64,000 bases of DNA from Gemmatimonadota bacterium (GTDB taxonomy: Bacteria; Gemmatimonadota; Gemmatimonadetes; Gemmatimonadales; GWC2-71-9): assembly GCA_039588295.1 (NCBI GenBank), contig JBDHAB010000003.1, forward strand, positions 32,001 through 96,000, given 5' to 3'. Every line of letters starts with the position of its first letter. Position 1 is the first letter of the stretch. The notes under the pieces were generated by a model, which worked only from the letters and a program-made list of their open reading frames with translations, made no database searches and was not told the DNA's origin. A program made the translations under genes and the position numbers. Shown here piece after piece: positions 60,635 through 64,000 of this stretch.

Positions 60635-62329
60635 TCAGGCTCTGGAAATCGCGTGCTCGACGTGTCGGGCGACGCGGTCCGGGAAGTACCGGAGCAGACT
60701 CTCCGTGATCAGCGGCGCGGCGAGGCCCAGCCCGCAGGCGCTGATCGCCTTCATCGTCGATCCCAGGTCCGTGATTTCGTCGATCCATGCCGAGAGGTCG
60801 TTCGGACCTGCTTCTCCAGCCAGTCGCTCCGTGATCCGCTGTGTCCCGATGCGGCACGGGAAGCACTTGCCACATGATTCGTGGGCAAAGAACGACATGG
60901 CGTCGCGCGCCACCGCGATCATGTCTCGACTGTCGTCAAATACCATAACCCCCCCGGCACCCAGAAAAGATCCCTTAGCGCGGATGGCGGGTTCGTCCAG
61001 CGTGACGTCGAGGTCGTCGCCGGCCAGGAATCCACCCGAAAGACCGGCCATGGTGACGGCTTGAAACGAGCGTCCCTGCGGCGGGCCGCCCGCCCAGTCG
61101 TTCAGCAGCGTCGGCAGCGGGAGCCCAATCGGGACCTCGTAGTTGCCGGGGCGCCGGATGTCCCCCGACAGGCTGATCACTTTGGTGCCGGCGTGTCCGT
61201 TGAGGCCGAGGCCGCGGTACCACTCGGCCCCGTGGTGCACGATGGGCGGTGCCGATGCAAGCGTCTCGACGTTGTTCACGACGGTTGGTAGATCCTCGTA
61301 ACCGTGGGTGACCGGGAACGGCGGCCGGTTGCGCGGGAACGGGTGCTTGCCTTCGAGACTGTTCAGAAGGGATCCTTCTTCACCGCAAATATAGGCGCCG
61401 GCTCCGCGTCGGACGTGCACGTCGAACGTGAAGTCCGTGCCGAGAATGCTGGTTCCCACGAGCTTGGCTTCCTGGGCCTCGCCGATTGCGCGCTCGAGCG
61501 TCGTGAACGTCTCCGGATACTCGTAGCGCAGGTAGATGAACCCGCGCGTCGCGCCCGCTGCGTACGCCGCCAGCGTCATGCCCTCGATGACGGCGTGTGG
61601 ATCATAGTCGAGAATGGCGCGATCCTTGAAACAGCCCGGTTCGCCCTCGTCGGCGTTACAAACCACGAACTTCGGAGATCTCTCGGCCTCGGCAACGGCC
61701 TTCCATTTGGTTCCCGTTGGGAATCCGGCTCCCCCGCGCCCGGCCAGCTCACCCTCGCTGATGAGCTGAATGATGTCAGCGGGCGCAAGCGTGCGGATCG
61801 CCCGCTCGAGTGCCTGATACCCGCCGCCGCGGCGATACCCGCCGATCGTTGCCCGTCCAGGGTCGCGAATATGGGCAAACACACACTCCTCGGTGCCGCC
61901 CGGGTTGGGAGGCGGCACCGGCCCGGGCCGCGCCTCCAGGCCGCTTGCGTTAATCCCGACTAAGACACGATTGCCCAGCAGCACCGGAACGGGGTCGTCG
62001 CATCGCCCCGCACATGGCATGGCGGTGGCTCCGTCACGCTCCAGCTCCTGCAACAGTTCGAGACCGCCTTTGCGACAGCATACGGGACCGGTGCACACAC
62101 GCGGAGCTTCGAATCCATTGGGGTTCCGCGCGAAGTGGTGGTAGAACGTGATGCTGCCAAAGAGATCGGCCAACGGGATGCGAAGTGCAGCCGCAACGTC
62201 CCGCATGGTTTCTTCGGATAGGTAGCCATCGCGCTGGTGGAATGCGTGAAGCGCGGGGAGCAGCGGAGCGGGCTCGTCCCGCCAGCGCTCGATGATCTGG
62301 CTGTTGGTGGGGATGGACGTCACGGGCAT
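60635..62329 (-). CDS. Fused NuoE-NuoF-like diaphorase subunit of formate dehydrogenase
   Basis: TFYHHF and CxxxxC..CxxxC (NuoE); GRGGAGFP, CNADEGEPG, GAGAYICGEE, ESCGKCFPCR..CGLG (NuoF). Confidence 0.9.
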   Translation of the reverse strand: MPVTSIPTNSQIIERWRDEPAPLLPALHAFHQRDGYLSEETMRDVAAALRIPLADLFGSITFYHHFARNPNGFEAPRVCTGPVCCRKGGLELLQELERDGATAMPCAGRCDDPVPVLLGNRVLVGINASGLEARPGPVPPPNPGGTEECVFAHIRDPGRATIGGYRRGGGYQALERAIRTLAPADIIQLISEGELAGRGGAGFPTGTKWKAVAEAERSPKFVVCNADEGEPGCFKDRAILDYDPHAVIEGMTLAAYAAGATRGFIYLRYEYPETFTTLERAIGEAQEAKLVGTSILGTDFTFDVHVRRGAGAYICGEEGSLLNSLEGKHPFPRNRPPFPVTHGYEDLPTVVNNVETLASAPPIVHHGAEWYRGLGLNGHAGTKVISLSGDIRRPGNYEVPIGLPLPTLLNDWAGGPPQGRSFQAVTMAGLSGGFLAGDDLDVTLDEPAIRAKGSFLGAGGVMVFDDSRDMIAVARDAMSFFAHESCGKCFPCRIGTQRITERLAGEAGPNDLSAWIDEITDLGSTMKAISACGLGLAAPLITESLLRYFPDRVARHVEHAISRA

Positions 62330-62375
62330 ATCCTATTCAAAAGCTAGTGAATCGAAACCCCGCCGCAACGCGCGC

Positions 62376-63200
62376 CTACCGGGACGACAGGTGTCCCCCA
62401 CCTGCGTACAGGTTGAACGCCTCGCCCCGCGCAAACCCTATCAGAAGCATGTCGAGCGATGCGGCGAGCTCAACGGCCAGCGACGACGGGGCGGATACGC
62501 CCATGACGCCGCCGATGCCCGCGACCGCGGCCTTCTGCACGATCTCGAAACTCTGTCGTCCCGACACCACGAGCACGCAAGGGGGTAGGGGCCACTGCTG
62601 CTGAGCCGCTGCCCCGATGGCCTTATCGACGGCGTTGTGGCGGCCGACGTCCTCTCGAACGGCGAGTTCCACTCCGTCGGTGGCGTAGACACCCGCCGCA
62701 TGCAGCCCCCCGGTTGCGTCGAATGTGGGCTGGCGAGCACGCAACCGCGTGGTGAGCTCGACCAGGCGCGCCGGTTCCATCGTGAATGGGCGTGCAGGCC
62801 GCGCAAACAACTGCACGGCCTCGATCGACGCCTTGCCGCAGACCCCACAGGAGCTCGACACGAACATGTTGCGCTGGAACCGTTGCGGATCCACCTCGAT
62901 GCCGTCGCGTAGTACGACGTTGAGCCGCGATGCGTCCAAGTGTTCGATGGCGCCGATCTCCCCGGGAGCGAGCAAGATCCCCTCGGTCAGGAGAAAGCCG
63001 GTGACCAGGTCCTCGTCGTCACCCGGCGTGCGCATCACGACCGCCAGGGGCGTGCCCTGGAGCCGCAGTTCGAGTGGATCTTCGTGCGCAACCGCGTCGG
63101 AGACACGCTCGGTCACCTCTGCGTCGTGCCGCACCACTTCGACGTCACGGATTCGTTCGGACACGTGCCTCCCCGGGGATGCGTGGATAGTGCGGACCAT
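62376..63200 (-). CDS. fdhD: Formate dehydrogenase accessory sulfurtransferase
   Basis: MRTPG, SSCGVCG, TGGLHAA, EDVGRHNAVDK, SAPSSLA. Confidence 0.95.
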   Translation of the reverse strand: MVRTIHASPGRHVSERIRDVEVVRHDAEVTERVSDAVAHEDPLELRLQGTPLAVVMRTPGDDEDLVTGFLLTEGILLAPGEIGAIEHLDASRLNVVLRDGIEVDPQRFQRNMFVSSSCGVCGKASIEAVQLFARPARPFTMEPARLVELTTRLRARQPTFDATGGLHAAGVYATDGVELAVREDVGRHNAVDKAIGAAAQQQWPLPPCVLVVSGRQSFEIVQKAAVAGIGGVMGVSAPSSLAVELAASLDMLLIGFARGEAFNLYAGGGHLSSR

Positions 63201-63221
63201 GGAAGACAGGGTCAAGCTGAG

Positions 63222-63311
63222 AGGTGGTCAATGATAGGTGGTTGGGCATCGAGACCGGGCGCTCACCCTCCGGTCCACCACCCACCAGCTACCCCCGCTT
63301 ACCTACCACCC
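63222..63311. repeat. Heptamer-periodic imperfect palindrome
   Basis: AGGTGGT CAATGAT AGGTGGT TGGGCAT .. GACCGG/CCGGTC .. ACCACCC ACCAGCT ACCCCCG CTTACCT ACCACCC. Confidence 0.5.
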
Positions 63312-64000
63312 AAGAAATCCCACACCAAATACGCCATCGTCCGGATTCCCACAGGGATCGCGCTGTCGTCCGCCTGGAAGGTCGGCGTGTGGTGGTTGCC
63401 CGATGTGGTACCGGGTTTGAGCGTCCCGAGACGGTAGTACAGTCCCGGTACCTCGTTGGCGAAATACGAAAAGTCTTCAGCGACCGTGGCAGGGTCGAAC
63501 TCAAGCACGTTCTCCTCGCCCACGGCCCGCGCGAAGGTGGAGAGCATCCGCTCCGTGAGCGCCACGTCATTGATCGTAACCGGAATACCGCGTTCGTACT
63601 CCATCGCATAACTTCCGCCTCCGGCCGCCGTGATACCCCCGAGAATCTCACGCATGCGCCGCTCGATGAGATCCTGCGCCTCGGTGCTGTACGTGCGCAC
63701 GGTGCCTTGCAGCTCGACCTCCTCGGGAATGATGTTCCAGCGCGTGCCTCCGCGGATGAGTCCCACGCTCACGACGGCCGGCTCCATCGGCGGAAGATTG
63801 CGTGAGCGGATAGTCTGGAGCGCTTGGACCGCCTGTGCGGCCATCACGATCGGGTCGGCACTCAGGTGCGGTGAGGCGCCGTGCGCACCGGTTCCTTTGA
63901 CCGTGATCGTGAAGTGATCGGCGGCTGCGAGCGCCGGCCCAGGTGTGAAGGCCAGTTTACCGACTTCTAAGTTCCACGTGGTGTGCAAGCCGAAGATCGC
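63299..64000 (-). CDS. M20D amidohydrolase, C-terminal part (5' end outside the window)
   Basis: AIFGLH, GAHGASPH, NIIPE..GTVRT, AEDFSYF, NHHTPTF. Confidence 0.9.
   Translation of the reverse strand, partial: AIFGLHTTWNLEVGKLAFTPGPALAAADHFTITVKGTGAHGASPHLSADPIVMAAQAVQALQTIRSRNLPPMEPAVVSVGLIRGGTRWNIIPEEVELQGTVRTYSTEAQDLIERRMREILGGITAAGGGSYAMEYERGIPVTINDVALTERMLSTFARAVGEENVLEFDPATVAEDFSYFANEVPGLYYRLGTLKPGTTSGNHHTPTFQADDSAIPVGIRTMAYLVWDFLGGR

Overview
GC-rich bacterial chromosomal window with dense core/metabolic genes; gene content suggests Gemmatimonadota (inference). No tRNA, rRNA, CRISPR array, transposase or prophage gene was recognised. Main blocks: (1) a ~13.6-kb minus-strand run (M28 peptidase, GAF/MsrC-like, alpha/beta hydrolase, nth, M20 amidohydrolase, YyaL, ArnT-type GT, AsnB, HD protein, cardiolipin synthase, ECF sigma); (2) a QrtT-like ECF transporter; (3) pepD/M42 divergent from an OPT transporter plus a stand-alone PqqD-like gene; (4) SCO-PCuAC-CtaG; (5) four minor type IV pilins; (6) metH-yitJ plus a metF-like gene; (7) treT-YHS, galT and otsB; (8) an HDAC-family gene, kgd/sucA, nfi and a VWA/chelatase pair; (9) an NAD-linked formate dehydrogenase operon. 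Signals the ORF track misses or splits: a selenocysteine UGA with SECIS hairpin in fdhA, a SAM-II aptamer with terminator/antiterminator upstream of metH, an in-frame amber codon inside the HDAC domain, an ECF ATPase pair with one coherently degenerate site, 4/8-nt and 7-nt periodic palindromic repeats (two copies inside coding sequence), and an operator palindrome over a sigma70 promoter. Family calls come from motif recognition, not database searches.
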